Under the pieces are notes generated by a model. That model had not been told where the DNA came from and did not search any database. It worked only from the letters and a program-made list of their open reading frames with translations. Positions 38,216 to 52,434 of a stretch of DNA of 64,000 nucleotides are shown here, piece after piece. Positions within the stretch are counted from its first letter, which is position 1. Each line of letters begins with the position of its first letter. The stretch spans positions 34,720,001 through 34,784,000 of the forward strand of contig NC_083233.1 of NCBI RefSeq assembly GCF_032191835.1. The letters run 5' to 3'. A program made the position numbers and the translations under genes. The DNA comes from Heteronotia binoei. Lineage: Eukaryota.

Positions 38216-39939
38216 GATCTCCCCTCTATTGCAATTGATCTCCTGACAACTGAGATCAGTTCCCTTGTAGAAAATGGTTGCTTTGGAGGGTGGATTCTGT
38301 AGCATTATATTCTGCAGAGGTCCCTCCCCTCCCCAAACCCCGCCTTCCCCATTCTCCACCCCCAAAACCTCCAGATACTTCCCAACCAATTCACATGGGA
38401 GTTGGGAGGGAGAAGAACCAGGGCCTCAACACCAAAAAATAGGAAGTGGGGAATCAGGGTAAGAACTGATACACTTTAAAAAAGCATAACTGTCCAACTT
38501 TAGAGACCCTATAAAGGGAGTTGAGCCTTGAGAGGAGAAGAAGACTAAAGTAAGAATAAAACCTCTAGCAACTCACACTAACAACAGCAAAACTAGGGAC
38601 AGTCAGGACTTTAAAAAAAAAAAAGCAGGAACGCAGTTTCAGGTGGTTTGGCATAGGGGTGTGGCCTAATATGCAAATGAATCACTGTGTGAAACAATGG
38701 TGATGTCCGGGTGTGTGGCCTAATATGCAAATTAGTTCCTGCTGGCAGTTATTAGAAATAGAGATGACCTTTGGATGAGACAGTCATTTGCTGCATATAT
38801 GTTGTATCCATACATGAATTATAGACCCAATTTCCTGTCATGCATCTGGGATTTCCGGATAATTGATTGGTGACAGCACTTACCACACACACACAAGTAA
38901 AAAGTAAAAGGTATATGCATGGAAATTATGAATCAGCTAAATTGATACATGAACTCAGAGACTCGAAATGTACTGTAATGCAACATTTAGGAACTATGGC
39001 AACAATATGTTGCAGGAAACTGCTACAGTGCTGGTTACACAATCCGGATCCCCTGGAATTACAGCACATCTCTACCCTACAGAGATTTGGAAATGCCTAC
39101 TTTGGAGAATGGACTCTGTGGAGGCTCCATTCCCAAATCTCCAGGAGTTTCCCAACCTGGATCTGGCAACCGCACTCCTCCAACTGTACACGTTTAGGTG
39201 CTTTTCCAAGTATGGCCACTAGGGACAGTAGCTTCTCCTGAAAGCCCCGCATGCTGCAGTCCCTAATCACATTTGACCATGAAAATAAATCTCATGGCGT
39301 TCAGTAGGATTTACTTGTTGGTTCAGACTGTAAAGCTCGGGGCAGCTTCTCTTGTTATAGTTTCTATCTGAGAACTGAACAGTGACATGCTAAGACAGTG
39401 GCATGCTAAAGACTCAAGTAAGACCCAGTTTGAGCACGGTAGGCTTCATGTGCTACTGGTAGCTGTTTTATGGTCTGCTTCTGATCCAGGGATTGTTTTG
39501 TATGCATCATTTAATTTTTTTATTTATTTACCTTGATATTTCACCTTTGTGCCTGACGAGGGACACTAAGGAGGTTGTTTTAGTCCTCTCGGTTTGTGCT
39601 TTATGCAACTGGTACACTATGGAACTCAGAGAGATGAAACAGGAATTCAGATGACTAAAGCGAGTTTAGCAGCGAACTTGTGACAAAGCTGCAAGAACAT
39701 CTTAATGGCCATTTATGAAATCCCATGAGGTAGTGGTTTAGGTTGTTGAAAACAAATTTTATACAGCCTCCATCACATCTGCTAGCTCTTGCCCAACACA
39801 GGGTAATCAGATCCTTGACTTTTTTTACTGAGAGAACTCAAAATGTTAGGAATTCAGTCATTACCTATGAAGTTTTTGCAAGTTTCTTTGCCAATAAAGT
39901 CTTGTCTCTCCTCTATGACCTCCAGGCCAGCATTGATAC

Positions 39940-41775
39940 AATATGTGAACTGGAGGCCCCTTCACCATCTTTGGATTCAGTATTTAACAATTTCAGCCGA
40001 CTTTCCTGAGCTGATGTTGATAGGATTCTGGGTGCAGTTAGGCCACCTATATGAGACCCATGCCCCTCATGGCTGGTGAAGACCTGTGGTGATGGAATAG
40101 GGGGTCCCCTGGTAGACATTATTAATCTGTCCCTGGGTTCAGGGGCCTACCCAGAGGAACTAAAAGAACCTGTGGTTGTATCACTTGAAGAAACCAACTT
40201 TTGATTCCAATCCTTCTCATTACCACCCAGTCTCAAATATTTCATTTTTGGGTAAGGTAATTGAGAGAGCAGCAGCAGAGCAGCTCCAGAAATTCCTGGA
40301 TAACACATTGGTATTGGATCCATTTCAGTCCGGCTTACACCCCAGCCATGGGATGGAGGTAGCATTGGTTTGGTTGCCCTCACAGATGATCTCCGCAAAC
40401 AGTTTTACTGAGGCAGGTTGGCACTGTTGTTATTGCTTGATCTTACAGCAGTGTTTGACATGGTTGATCACAATCTTCTGACCCACCGCCTTTCTGATGT
40501 AGGAGTCTACAGGGTAGCCTTGAAGTAGCTAACCTCATTTCTCCAAGGTCAGAGACAGAAAGTGGTGCTTGGAGAGAGGGTGTCAACTAGGCACACATTA
40601 GCATGTGGGGTCCCTCAGGAGCCAATCCTCTGTCTGATGTTGCTTAACATCTACATGTGCCTCCTTGCCCAACTGATGCAGAGTTTCAGGGTGGGATGTC
40701 ACCAGTATGCTCAGCTGTATCTGTTGATGGGTAGCTAGCTGGATATCTCCCCAGTAAATCTGGCAGAGGCTTTGATGGGATGCTTGAAACAGAGCCGGCT
40801 GAGACTGAATCCTGTTAAGATGGACGTTCTGTAGCTGGGCAGCGGGGACTCAGGTTTGGGGTGCAGACCCCTAGCTCTTGATGGTGTGCCCTTGTTACTT
40901 GCAACAACTGTCAAGAGCCTGGGTGTGATTCTGGATGCCACCTTATCAATGGAGGCCCAGATAACAAACATTGCCGGACTAGTGTTTTTCCAGCTACACC
41001 AAGTCAGGCAGCTGGCCCCCTACCTGTCCCGCACTGACCTAGCTAATCCATGCAATGGTCGCCTCCGGACTAGACTACTGTAACTTGCTCTGCATAGGGC
41101 TACCCTTGAGACTGACCTGAAAACTCCAACCAATCCAGAATGCAGTAGAGCAGGTCTTCACAGGGACGCCATGTATGGCATGTATTCAACCTATGCTGTG
41201 TGAGCAGCACTGGCTTCTAGTGGAGTACAAGATCAGGTTCAAGGTTATGGTATTAACTGTTAACAGCCTGGGACCCATATATCTTTGGGACCACTCTCCT
41301 GGTATAACACCACCACCCCCAAACACCACACTCAGTTGTTAAGAACTTACTGGTGATTCCTGGCCTGAGATATATCTGGCGGTCCTCAACCAGGGCCAGG
41401 GTGTTTTCTGGCCAAGCCCCAACCTGATGGGACTCTCTGCTGAACAACATCCATGCCCTGCAGGACTTAATACAGGTCCTCAGGGCATGTAAAACAGAGA
41501 TATTACACCAGGTGTTTGGTTGAGGACAGCTACAGTTTTCCATCTGACTGGCACTCCTTTTTTTTCTGCCTCCACCCCACAAGGCAATGGCATATCCTGG
41601 CAGTTTTATCACCATCTTATTGGTTTTAGGCTATTCCTATTGTATTAATGTAAATGTATCTATTTTTATTATTTTAAGAGTGAAGTTGTATTATGTAAAT
41701 GTAATTTTAGCAATGTACACTGCCCTGATTTCTGTTCTACAGGGGATGGCGGTTTATAAATCTATCTATCTATCA
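39940..41775 (+). mobile_element. Old, degraded L2-clade LINE fragment
   Basis: Frameshifted RT motifs (GVPQGAILCLMLLNIY-like, RLRLNP, LGVILDATLSMEAQI, LQPIQNAV) in the same order as the 63 kb copy. Confidence 0.8.
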
Positions 41776-41790
41776 TCTATATTCTTCTTC

Positions 41791-41965
41791 ACCAGTTTGG
41801 TGTAGCGGTTAAGTGCGCAGACTCTTATCTGGGAGAACCAGGTTTGATTCCCCACTCCTCCACTTGCCGCTGCTGGAATGGCCTTGGATCAACCATAGCT
41901 CTCATAGGAATTGTCCTTGAAAGGGCAGCTGCTGTAAGAGCTCTCTCAGCCTCACCTATCCCACA
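41791..41965 (+). mobile_element. Squam3-like SINE 5' part, fused to a short L2 fragment
   Basis: SINE head and body, then sequence resembling 40725-40780. Confidence 0.72.
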
Positions 41966-42035
41966 GAGGATTGATGAGTGGCTAGCTGGATACCTCCCCA
42001 GTAAATCTGGCAAAGGCTTTGGTGGGATCCAACTT

Positions 42036-42037
<2 letters not shown>

Positions 42038-42093
<56 letters not shown>

Positions 42094-42104
42094 CCACCAT
42101 CATC
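42038..42104. repeat. (CAT)n microsatellite
   Basis: About 18 perfect CAT units followed by degenerate ones; the source of the poly-M/poly-I ORFs. Confidence 0.97.
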
Positions 42105-43829
42105 TGTATGCCCTGGCTTATTCTTTTAGTGTCTTGTTAGTGTAGTTCTGGCTTTTTTAGGGGCTTGTTTTAATCCCTTTCTCCCCAGTGGGGCCCAGGG
42201 CAGCTTACGCCATTCTCCTCTCTCCTCCTTTTTATCCTTACAACAACCCTGTGAGGTAGGCAAGGCTGAGAGAGATTGACTGGGCCAAGCTGTCTCAATG
42301 AGATTATACAGAACAAGTTAGGCTCAAACCTGAATTTCCCAGATATTTATCTTACACTCTTAACTGCTACACCACACTGAACCTCAATACTATACTAAAA
42401 ATGGGAAGTGGGGACTGAAGCTGCTAGAAATGTGACTTGTCTAAGGCAACTCAGTGTGTTCCTGCCTACGGAAGTTTGAACCAACTCACAGATCTCTGTC
42501 CTACTCACACCCAAAGTCCTCCAAATACACAGGCAAGCTGGAGGTTGTTTTTGTAAACTCTTTTATTTGCATGTTGCTTATATATCATTTGAGGTGACTG
42601 GCAACATGTTACAGACAATTATCCTGTGTAATGCTACAATACAATATCAGGAGGGGAAAAAACCAATAACATCAGCCACCCATTTGTTCCCAGTCCAGCT
42701 GACCTCACAGAGTGAGGATGAAGTGTGGAACCAGTTGTGCTGTTCTGTGCTCTCTGGGAGAAAGCAGGATACAAAGTAGAGCAGATGAACCTTGCCTAAT
42801 GCTTGCCAACTTCCTGAAGATCTCCCAAAATTACAGCTGATGTCTAAACTACGAAGATCTGTTTCTCTGAAGAAAATAGCTGCTGTAGAAGATGGATTCT
42901 ATGGCATTATAAGCTGCTGAGATTCCTCCCCTCTCCATACTGTTCTTTCCAGAATCCATACTCAACCCCCCAGGATTTTACCAACCTGAAGTTGGCAACC
43001 CTACTTTAATGGCCTGTGTAAGCTGTGTGGATGCCCAGCCAAAAAAGCTGCCCCAAAGGCCTTGGTGTGTGTGTGCGTGAGGCCCGGCCCAATGAAACTC
43101 AATAGCCATGCAGCTCTTTTGCCCGCAGAAAGTTTCAGGTTGAATTCTTGGCAGCTCCAGTTAAAGAAGATGATGCGAAGAAAGAAAAAAAAACCCTCTA
43201 CCAGATAGCTGGAGAGGCTGCTGCTGATCAGGTCTTGACCTTGATGGGGCAACGGTCTGGTTCAGTATAAGGCAGCATCATGAAGTCATGTGTGCTCAGC
43301 AACAAAGCAAGCACAGAGATCCCTTCTTAATTCCCAGGATGCATAGCTCAGCCCCTGGAACAGAGAGGAAGTTGCAGGCCTGGAAGTGATACTTTGGCTA
43401 GAGTGGCAGGGGAGAATAGAATATTTCCCCAAGGCATGACTGATGTGAAAGGCCAGCAGGATGGGTCCACTGCGCACAGCCCCTTGACATTTCAATGTTG
43501 TGTAGGAGTTCTATGGAAAGGCAGAGGAGCATGATGGAGAGACTCAGGCCATTTCCAGTCTTTCAGGGTACCAGATGCAAAACTGAGGGATTTTATTGCC
43601 CCAGAATCTCTTGCAGTACAGGGGAGATTCAGGGAAAGCAGAAAGATGGAGGGTTCCAGTGGGGAAGTTCATGCACTTCCCTAATGGATGGATATCCCCA
43701 CCCACCCCAGCTGTCAAAGCCCCCGAAACTCAGGAGCCAACCCCGCTCTCCCTTGATACCCCAGAAAGGCTGTGAGGGCGCTGCGCATCATTGTGTTAAT
43801 TGCAGGCTGTTCCATTCCCTTCGAGGGCG

Positions 43830-45140
43830 CATTTCCTAGGCAAGCGAAGGCTACGCTTCTGCGCGCACTTGCGCGGGTCTGGGCTCCCTTAGAAGCCTCA
43901 GACTTGGTTTCCGAGCCGGCAGCCGGAAGGCTTGCAATTGTTGTATTCATGCAGAGGATGGAGTTGCGCTTGAGGAGGGCGGGGAAGGGAGAATGAGGTA
44001 GCCGGGGCCGAGCCCGAGGAGGCGAGAGCAGGGCCAGAGAGCACTCGACCTGGAAGTGGCGCCCTCCCTTCCCTTTGGCTCCCCGAGTCATTGAGAGCCA
44101 CCCGGGCAGGCGCGCGGACCCATTGTAGCCGCGCGGACTAGTCCCTCGCGCGGCTCGGCCTGCACCATTCCCGCCTGCCGGAGGGGGGGAGGCGCCGGGC
44201 TCTGCAGCCGCCTGGAGGGACGCCCCGCAGGGGACAGGAGCGGGCGAGGGGCCCTCGGCGGAGCCCTGCCCTGACGCGCCCTGTTGGGAGCCGCGCCGGG
44301 TCTCCGGCTCCAGCCCGCGGCCGGGAAGCGACGGCGTCCCCACCCCGTGTCTCCCCCCTCGCCAGTGCCGCAGTGGCCGGGTCTCTCTCCCCCGCCCTTC
44401 CCCGCCAGTGGAAGAGTGCGCCTCCCGGGCTGAAGAGAAGGGCGAGTTTGCAGCTCGCTCGGCTTCTGGAGGCGGCGGCGGCGGCAAAGGGGCCATGGCG
44501 GCCACCGAGATTGCGCGCCAGGTGGTGAGTGCCGGGCGGGCGGACGGGAGGGAGGGAGGGCGCGCACGGCACCGGGGTGGGCCTCCCTTGGGTGGCTGAG
44601 CTCGGCCATCTCGCCTCCTCCGTCGTCTACCTCGCCAAGGCTGCCGGAGCCGGGGCAGCCTGGCGAGCAAGGGGAGGCGACGGCAGATGATGCCGGCTCT
44701 CCGGCGGGCGAGCGAGAAGGATGAGGCGGGGGGGGGGGGCGCCCGCATGGCTGCTCCGAGGGCGCGGGCGAGGGGCTTCGCCTTGCAGAGCCGGGAGGAG
44801 GAGGGGGGGGATGGGGCAGACGGGGCGATCTTTTCCGCATGGTTTCCGCCGCGCGCGAGGCTGCTGCTGGGAGAGAGCCGCGGGTGGGTTGGTGCGAGCG
44901 GGCTGCCGGCTGCCGAGAGCAGGCGGGCTGCGTTGGAGGTGACTTTCTCGTGTGGGGGGACCCGCAGAGGGAGACATTCGCTCCCTGGTCTGTGTTTTTC
45001 CCTCCCCCAGGCTGGGTGGAGGGGGAGGCGGCTTTCAGGACCCGGCAGAGGGAGGGCTTCGTTGGGGGTGACCCGAGGAAGGCTGTGAATGATGCGCTCG
45101 AAGTGCGGAGGGGGGGGGCCGCGGTGAAGGATGCTGGAGA
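43830..45140. promoter_or_regulatory. CpG island / promoter of SEPTIN6
   Basis: Very GC/CpG-rich block with GC boxes and GGAAG (ETS-like) motifs surrounding the SEPTIN6 start codon. Confidence 0.85.
44495..44524 (+). CDS. SEPTIN6: Septin-6 coding exon 1; exon 2 not found in this window
   Basis: gccATGG Kozak, MAATEIARQV, then donor GTG|GTGAGT. Matches the known MAATDIARQV N-terminus and the synteny. Confidence 0.92.
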
Positions 45141-48100
45141 GCATATAGCATAGAATGTTTGGCGGGTGACTCTTTCCAAAAGGTAGGGTGGGCTTAGGTG
45201 TGGTAGGGAGCAGTGAGATCGAGGCAACTTTTTTTTTTTTGGGGGGGGGGGTTCAGGATACAAATGTGGGGTGGCAAATGATGGGTTTGTCAGACTTCAG
45301 GTGGTCTGTTAGGATGCCCTTAATTTTGTGCTCTGGTTAAACGGTGACTGGGAAATGTTAGTTTCCAGGAGGGAGGACTGGGCTTTATGATTATTATTAT
45401 TTTACTGTTGGTGATAGTCAAGGACCAAAGAATGCACTTTCATAAAGTGCTTTTGGGTTGATTTGGAAACCATGTCCAGACAAATTGATCTCCAGTGTCC
45501 TGCACTTCTCTCTGGATGCTTTTACTCCTGTGTAACATGAGAACACCAAGGCATCTCCCAATATCACACACAAACACACAAAAAAGGGGAGTTTTCGGAA
45601 CTGGAGGAGTGGAAGCTTTTGTCTCTGCACAAGCTCTGAAAGGTCCAGCGCTCACCTGCTCCTTGTCACGTGTGTCTTTCTCTGCTACAATGAAAGAAAG
45701 CTACACAGGCACTTCAGAGGCGAGAGATGGAGCCTTTCCTTTGTGCTCAGAATGAATGGGGAAACCTTACAGCCTCAGGAGCGGGTGAACTCATTGGAGG
45801 TTTCCTGTTTCTTTTGACGAGGAAAAGGATCTCCAGCATTGCTGATCTATCTTAGAGAACAGGGGGCATGTAGTATCAGTACTGTCTGTATGAGTGTGTG
45901 TGTGTTTTAAACCAGGTAGATTTTTGCCTTAAATCAGTGGGTTGCGCTGGGTGTCTCTGGCCAGAGTGAAGCAGTTTCAAGTATTGCAAGGAACCCAAGT
46001 TTTGTTAATTCATCCAGAGATAAACCAAGAATTTCACCTGCTTGGCTGGATAGTTATTTGATTAGTTCCAGAATGTGCGTTTGGCTTCATTTCTATAAAA
46101 AGAATGACATATATTTTGGTTTGAAATGGTGAGACCAGGATTCAAATTCTGGCTTGCAATGTGGATCTCACTGGGAAGGTTTGGACATGCCACTTGTTGC
46201 CTGTCTTAGCTTAGTGGAGTTTTGAAGATGAAAGAGGGGTAACTTCCAAGATGCTGCCTTGAGGTCCTTGAGATAAACACATTTGGCAGACATTCATTTG
46301 CATGCAAGGAAGGGTCACTGGTAGAGCATCCCCTTTGCTTATGTAAGATCCCTGGTTCCCCTTGTGTTGAAATTACGCCAAGCACAAAGGCACTTCCTGG
46401 GATTCTGGACCACTGATACGAGGCAAAATCGCACTACTGGGTCAAGAGGACCAGTGCCTGTAAGGCAGTTTCTTACATATGTTATCAGATTTCTAAACTA
46501 TCAAACCATCTGGTTTTCAAATCAATATGTTTTAATACCAGTTTTAAAGCCCCTCCTCCCTTGAAAAGGAAGCGGTTTCCGAAAGAGGCACTCTGGCTGC
46601 TTTAACAATCCTAAGGGGAAGGGAGCAGGATTTGTGCTGAGTCTTTAATACATCCTTTTGCAGCCTGATGTTCCATTTATAATGGTGGACTTGAATGGCA
46701 TGCAAGAAGAGTGTCTGTATGAATCTAAAATGCAGGAGAACTCTAGAAGGCTTTTGCTAGGATGGCATAGTTTGCCTTCCTTTGATGCTAGAAAAATACA
46801 GGAAATGTGATATGAAGCTATTGGAACTGTTGGCCTTTCATACTTTGTGGTACATTTTCCACAAGTGTAAATTACTTTTTGACATTTAGTGTTTTGCTGA
46901 AATTCAGCTCATTCTGTCTGTGGTCAGTAGAGTGCAGAGCAGCTCTATTGGAGGCCAGCATGGTCTTCCTCCTTCTCCACCCCTCTTGCTGTCCCAGTGC
47001 TTGGCGTACTGCTGGGTGTCCTTGAAAAGGGCCCAAGTATTAACTTCATTTGCACTCAGTGCTTACCTCTGCTTCTGCTAGAAGCAACCACACGTGGCGC
47101 ATTATTTTTATTTAGTTCATTTATATATCACTTTTCTCCCTGTTGTGAACCGCAAGCGGCTTACAACAGTCTCCCCTTCTTCATTGTATAATCACAACAA
47201 CTCTGTGAGGGGAGGTTAGGCTGTGAGTGTGTGAGATCACCCAACAAGTTTTCATGGCAGAGTGGGATTCGAACCTGAGTGTCCCACACCCTAGTCTGGC
47301 ATTCAAACCAGTATGCCATATTGAGGAGTGAGTCCCTGGAGGTTTCAAGACAAGGTGCAGGAGAAGAGTGTTCTGGTCACTGTGCCATATGCCCAGTAGA
47401 ACCACAGTGCAGTACCTGGACAATGTGGAAGGAAAGGAGGTGCTTGCAAAGGCAGCTTCACTCTCTGCATGAAAAATGAGTAGTGCTCCTCTCTCTTCTC
47501 ACGTTGGCAGCATAATTATTTTTTAAAAAATAGATAACACCTTTAAAGGACCCCTGATACAGTAAACATAGCTTTCTCTGATTGTACATCCTTGGGTTTA
47601 TTTAACATGCTTTGGCAACCTTTTATGGATCGTAGCAAGACTCGGTGGCTGCTCCCAGGCAAATGAGAATTAGCTGATTGTTTTGACGTGCGTGGCTTTT
47701 GACAAGCAAGAAGTGTATTTAGCACAAATGGGATGTCTTCATTCTGTGGGAATGACTCATGTTATCTTTCTTGGGCCTGGGCTGGAGAAACTGCACTCCG
47801 TGTAACTGGCCAGTGTAAGAGGTAGAGAGTACTTTATTGTTGCCATGGGAACACTACCCAAAATGGCTTCTCCCAGAGGCAAATGATCCCCGCATCATCT
47901 GTAATGTGTAGGAAAGGGCATCTTGTCACTTGGGCCCACACACTGCAGACATATTTGTGTTGCCAGTGCCTTTTGGGAGGGGTGCGAAACTCATAGTATG
48001 TTGGCTCAGATTTGTATAATAAGTATAAGGAATTTTTTGCCACAGGGGAGGCCATTTTGAGCTGTACCATAATGTGTGCTGCATAATACATGCGGCTCTG

Positions 48101-49364
48101 AAGAGCCAGAGCTGAGCACTACCATGAGATGAGGTGTAACAGCACACTTTGGACAGATTTGGAGCATCACTGAGATCAGCAAAGTGGGTGGTGGCTATGG
48201 CTCCTGGGGCACACTCCACCCAGAAATCCTCTTGTGCGTTGAAATACTGTCTACAGGAGCATGGGAGGATCTTCAGGCACAGTGGGATCTTGGAGGTGAA
48301 TGAGTCTTCCTTTGTATGCAACAGATGTAGTGTACCAACTGTGTATCTTTGAACAGGAGATGCTGGGGACCAAAAGAATGAAACGCTGATGCCTTCATGC
48401 TCTGTTTCTGAGTATCCCAGAGATAAATGGCTGGCTACTATTGGACACAGGATGCTGATCTAGATGGACCTTTGTCTTGACTCTTCTTATATTTTTAATA
48501 GATAAATATGCACACATGGGCTGAAGTGCTCTGGAGGAAAGGTCAAGTGAAACAGCTGACAACTAAAGTGTCTTTTGGAAAGCGCATCCATTCACCCCTC
48601 TAACTGTATCTAAAGTCAGCAGTAACTGACATTGTAATGGCTGGAGCATCAGGTGATCATATGCTTATAGCTGAGCCAAGGATCTTTGTTTTTAAACTAA
48701 TCAATTCCATTAAAATAAACTCAGTAAAGGTGATACGTTGAGTAGTGAAAGAGGAGGGTTTTTTTCCTTGTGTCAACAGAACATGTCGTTTTTTAGTTTA
48801 GAAAGAAACGCTGAAATATGTTGCCCAGTCAAGTGATTATATCTACCTAGATTATTTTATACCAGGAGGAAATCTTCTGTGGTGCTCCACAGGTTACTAT
48901 GTTGCTCCAGAAATTTTGCACGTGCATTCATTTCTACGAATTAACCTGAGTGTTTACTTTTGTGCATGTGTTGGCTCACTTGGAACCTACAGAAGACTGC
49001 ATACACCCTTCTTCTCATGCCCTTTTTTCAAGGGAGACGAGTTATGCTTGGCACCAAAGCATTTTATACAATGCTGCTTGCAGAAGCTGATTTCTCTGTG
49101 CAACATCTTTCTTATGAGATTATAAAAGCAGGTCTAATGGTGTTTTTTTAAGGATCCCATTTTTAAATGGGAGATAGTTCCACAAATGAGGTACCTTTCT
49201 GTGGGTCAGAGGGTGTTGGGTACTTGGTCCTAGATTTGCATGTGAACATGGAGAACAGCATCTTAATAAGAATATGTTCTGGTGTTCTGCTCAGCGAGGA
49301 CTTTGTGAAGTGTATGTATTTGTGCTGCAGAGAAAAGTTTGGAATTTAGTAAGAGGTTAAGCAA

Positions 49365-49674
49365 GGGTCCCCGTGGTGCAGAGTGGTAAAGTAGCAGTAC
49401 TGCAGTACTGTGGTCTGAACTCTCTGCTCACGACCTGAGTTCGATTCTGGTGGAAGCTGGATTCAGGTAGCCGGCCCAAGGTTGACTCAGCCTTCCATCC
49501 TACCGAGGTCAGTAAAATGAGTACCCAGCTTGATGGGGGGAAAGTGTAAGACTGGGGAAGACAATGGCAAACCACCCCATAAAAAGTCTGCCGTGAAAAT
49601 GTTGTGAAAGCAATGTTACCCCAGAGTTGGAAACAACTGGTGCTTGCGCAGGGGACTTTTCCTTTCCTTTTTCC
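49365..49674 (+). mobile_element. Sauria SINE, near full length
   Basis: Head GTGGTGCAGAGTGGTAAAG, B-box GAGTTCGATTC, tail GGGGACTTTTCCTTTCC. Confidence 0.87.
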
Positions 49675-52434
49675 TAAGCCGGAGTAGGGTGCTGCCCTGA
49701 CACCCTGTATTATGGGAAGGGGGTTACCTCAGACTGTTTTATTTTAATTACCTTATCTATAGTCCACCATTCTCACTGAGGCTCAAGGCAGATTATTCAA
49801 AACAATGTAATCAAATAGCCTGAGAGATCTAATAAACAATGCAATAGAGCTAGGACTGCAGATATTAAGAACACTTGATTGTACTATCAGACAAAATATG
49901 TCAAGCAATGCAGAAAATGGAACTATAAACTGTAGAAAACAATGCAGTAAGAGCAGAATAATACAAATTGATAATACAAAATGAATCTGTGAATCTTGCA
50001 GGTGGGGATCATGCTTGCCCATCCCTTCCTTTCCCGTGCAGCAGGCCCCCTCCCCACTGATGTGCCCACCTCAGCAGCCAAGGGTGGGGGAGAGGAGGCT
50101 CCTGTTCTTCCTCTCCCACCCATTCTCAGTGGTTGTCAGGAGTAGGAATGGGCACAAACCTTGTTGTGAACCTAATTTAGAGATGAATATCATTGGTTCA
50201 CAAACTGGAGGTTTGTGCCCATCCCTATGACCACAATCCTCCACGTGGTTTCAGAAGTTTGTGGGGTTCATGTTGGAGAGCAAGAGGGATTGCTGAAATG
50301 TCTTGCATCCATTTCAGCCTCTTAGGTTGAAACAGATGCTAACCATTTCAGCTCTCTCTTGCTTCCAAGCATTCCTTTTAAATGGCTTTTGCAAGTGGGT
50401 GCTGTGCTTCCAAGAGCCTGCTTGCAAAAGCCATTTAAAGGGGACGTTCTCTTTAAACGGTTTTTGCAAGTGGGCACTATGTGTGAGTGAAGTCCAAGCT
50501 TTTGCAAGCCATTTAAAGGGAATAATCCCTTTAAATGGCTTTTGCAAGATCTTCAACCCCTTCCATTCTGCTGGCCTCAGGAAGCCACCACCTGCAGAAT
50601 GGGGGGAGGGAAAATCCTCCCAAACCAGTTGGGCCGTAGGAAGGTTCATGGCTTGTGTGACGTCATGAACTGGGACAAACCTCCATTTCCCTGGTTTGTG
50701 CCCATCCCTAGTCAGGAGACAAAGCACAGACAACTGCTCTCGGTTTTTAAGGATCCCCCCCTCCATGTCCCTCCATTTTTGAGGTTTGGGAGTTTTATGC
50801 AGATTGGGGGGGGGGTTCCCCCAGTTCCAGAGAAAAATCTCAGTCTGGCCTCAATCCGTAGATTTAAGTATCCAGAGCTGGAGCTGTATTGACTTTCAGA
50901 TTTGTTGCTAAAACTTACACAATGGCACAAGCAAAAGCCCCAATTTTCTTTATAGTGGTACTTTTCTGAATCATTGTCATTATGTTGCCTGTTTTATGAT
51001 TAGTCTAAAGTTGCATTATGCTGTTACATGGTAGGATCAGGTCATGAAAATGGCAGCAAAGTTTCAGTAGGTCAAATACCATAAAGCATCAGCCCCACCC
51101 AGATATAGAATGGTTGGATTTATAGCCAGGCCCCTGTGCTGTGCTTTCTGGTCGGTCTCTCTCCTTGCCAAAACCTCTGCTCTGCCCTTCCTGTGATCTT
51201 GCAAAATCCAGGAAAAAGTCTCAACCCTTGAGAATTTCAGCACAGTTTTCTCTTTATTGCTGAGGCAGTCATAAGGATACCTTTATCTCTGTTTCCTGGA
51301 TTGTCTTGAGGAAAATGTTACTGGGAAACTATCCAGGTAGCTTGTCATTTCAGTGCCCTTTGTCAGGGATTTAAAAGAGTATTCAGTAAGAGCAGTTGGG
51401 ATCTGGGAGCTGAAATGGCATAGACTCTTCTGGGATGCCAGAGGGCTGAACAGGCATATAAAGATAATAACAAGAGTCCCAGTGTATGCATTTTGTTTTT
51501 TGCTGGTGGCTAGTGGTGTAGAACCCCTCTCCCCAATCTAATTTCCTCTTTCCATCCTCAGATCAATTTACTGCCTTTAGAAACACCAGGAAAAGAGAAT
51601 GGGAAAACTGAAGCTCCCCTCTGAGTTCAGAAGTTTCATGCAGTCACAGCAAACAGCATATGTGTCCCACCAGGGATGTTTGCCATCACAAAACAGCGTT
51701 TCCCCTTTGTAGAAGTCAGAGGCAGTCAAGAAATACGTTCCTTTCTTCTGATGAAAATTGACCACATTCTAAACTGAGAGATGATCACATACAGAGAGGC
51801 TTGCTCACAGGAAGTGGCATGGGTAGTCTCTTTTCTTGCTTGACAATGAATGGAAAAGTTTTGCCCCAATAAACTCCTAACTTGTTATTTTAGGGTCCTT
51901 TAGCTTTATATATCTTTTTTTTTTAAGCTATGTGGAATTTGTGTGCACCTCTATTTGGAAGAGCCGCTCGCTAGCAGTACTTTTTTTTTTTTTAAGAACA
52001 TTGTGGATCAATCTTACTTTGCAGTTCTCAGTCACTTCAGGGCTGCTGACTTGATGTGTTAGGAATGGCTTCCTGGCCACTTCTGCAAACAGGATGCTGG
52101 CCTAGTTGGAACCCTTGATCTGATGCAGAAAAGCTCTTCCTATTTTTCTTTTCAGTCTTTCCCATAGAATTTAGTGAAGATTGTATTACTGTATGCAATT
52201 AAGAACTTACAGCTCCTGGCTGAAAGCCATTGTTTGGAGGACAGAAATGCATTATGGGCCAAGGGACCTTTGCTTCTCTTTTTAGCTCTATGCTGCTTTG
52301 CTTGCCAGCATTGATTATCTAGTTATGACAGTGCTCAGTTTGAAAGCAGCTTATTGCATCCAAACATCATTTATCTTATGTATCATATGATATTTGTCGA
52401 CCACCTTCTGAGGCTCAGCATTGTTTCTGTATAT

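Noticed and set aside
41825-42140. Poly-Met and poly-Ile ORFs
   Set aside because: Translations of the (CAT)n microsatellite and the adjacent SINE.
43714-45263. Long minus-strand ORFs (476 aa, 391 aa) and other overlapping ORFs
   Set aside because: Low-complexity P/R/A/G translations typical of a stop-poor CpG island. They are antisense to SEPTIN6 exon 1 and contain no recognisable domain.
50375-50548. CRISPR-like reading of the repeat-spacer pattern
   Set aside because: Vertebrate intron, units alternate in orientation, spacer lengths are irregular, and there are no cas genes.
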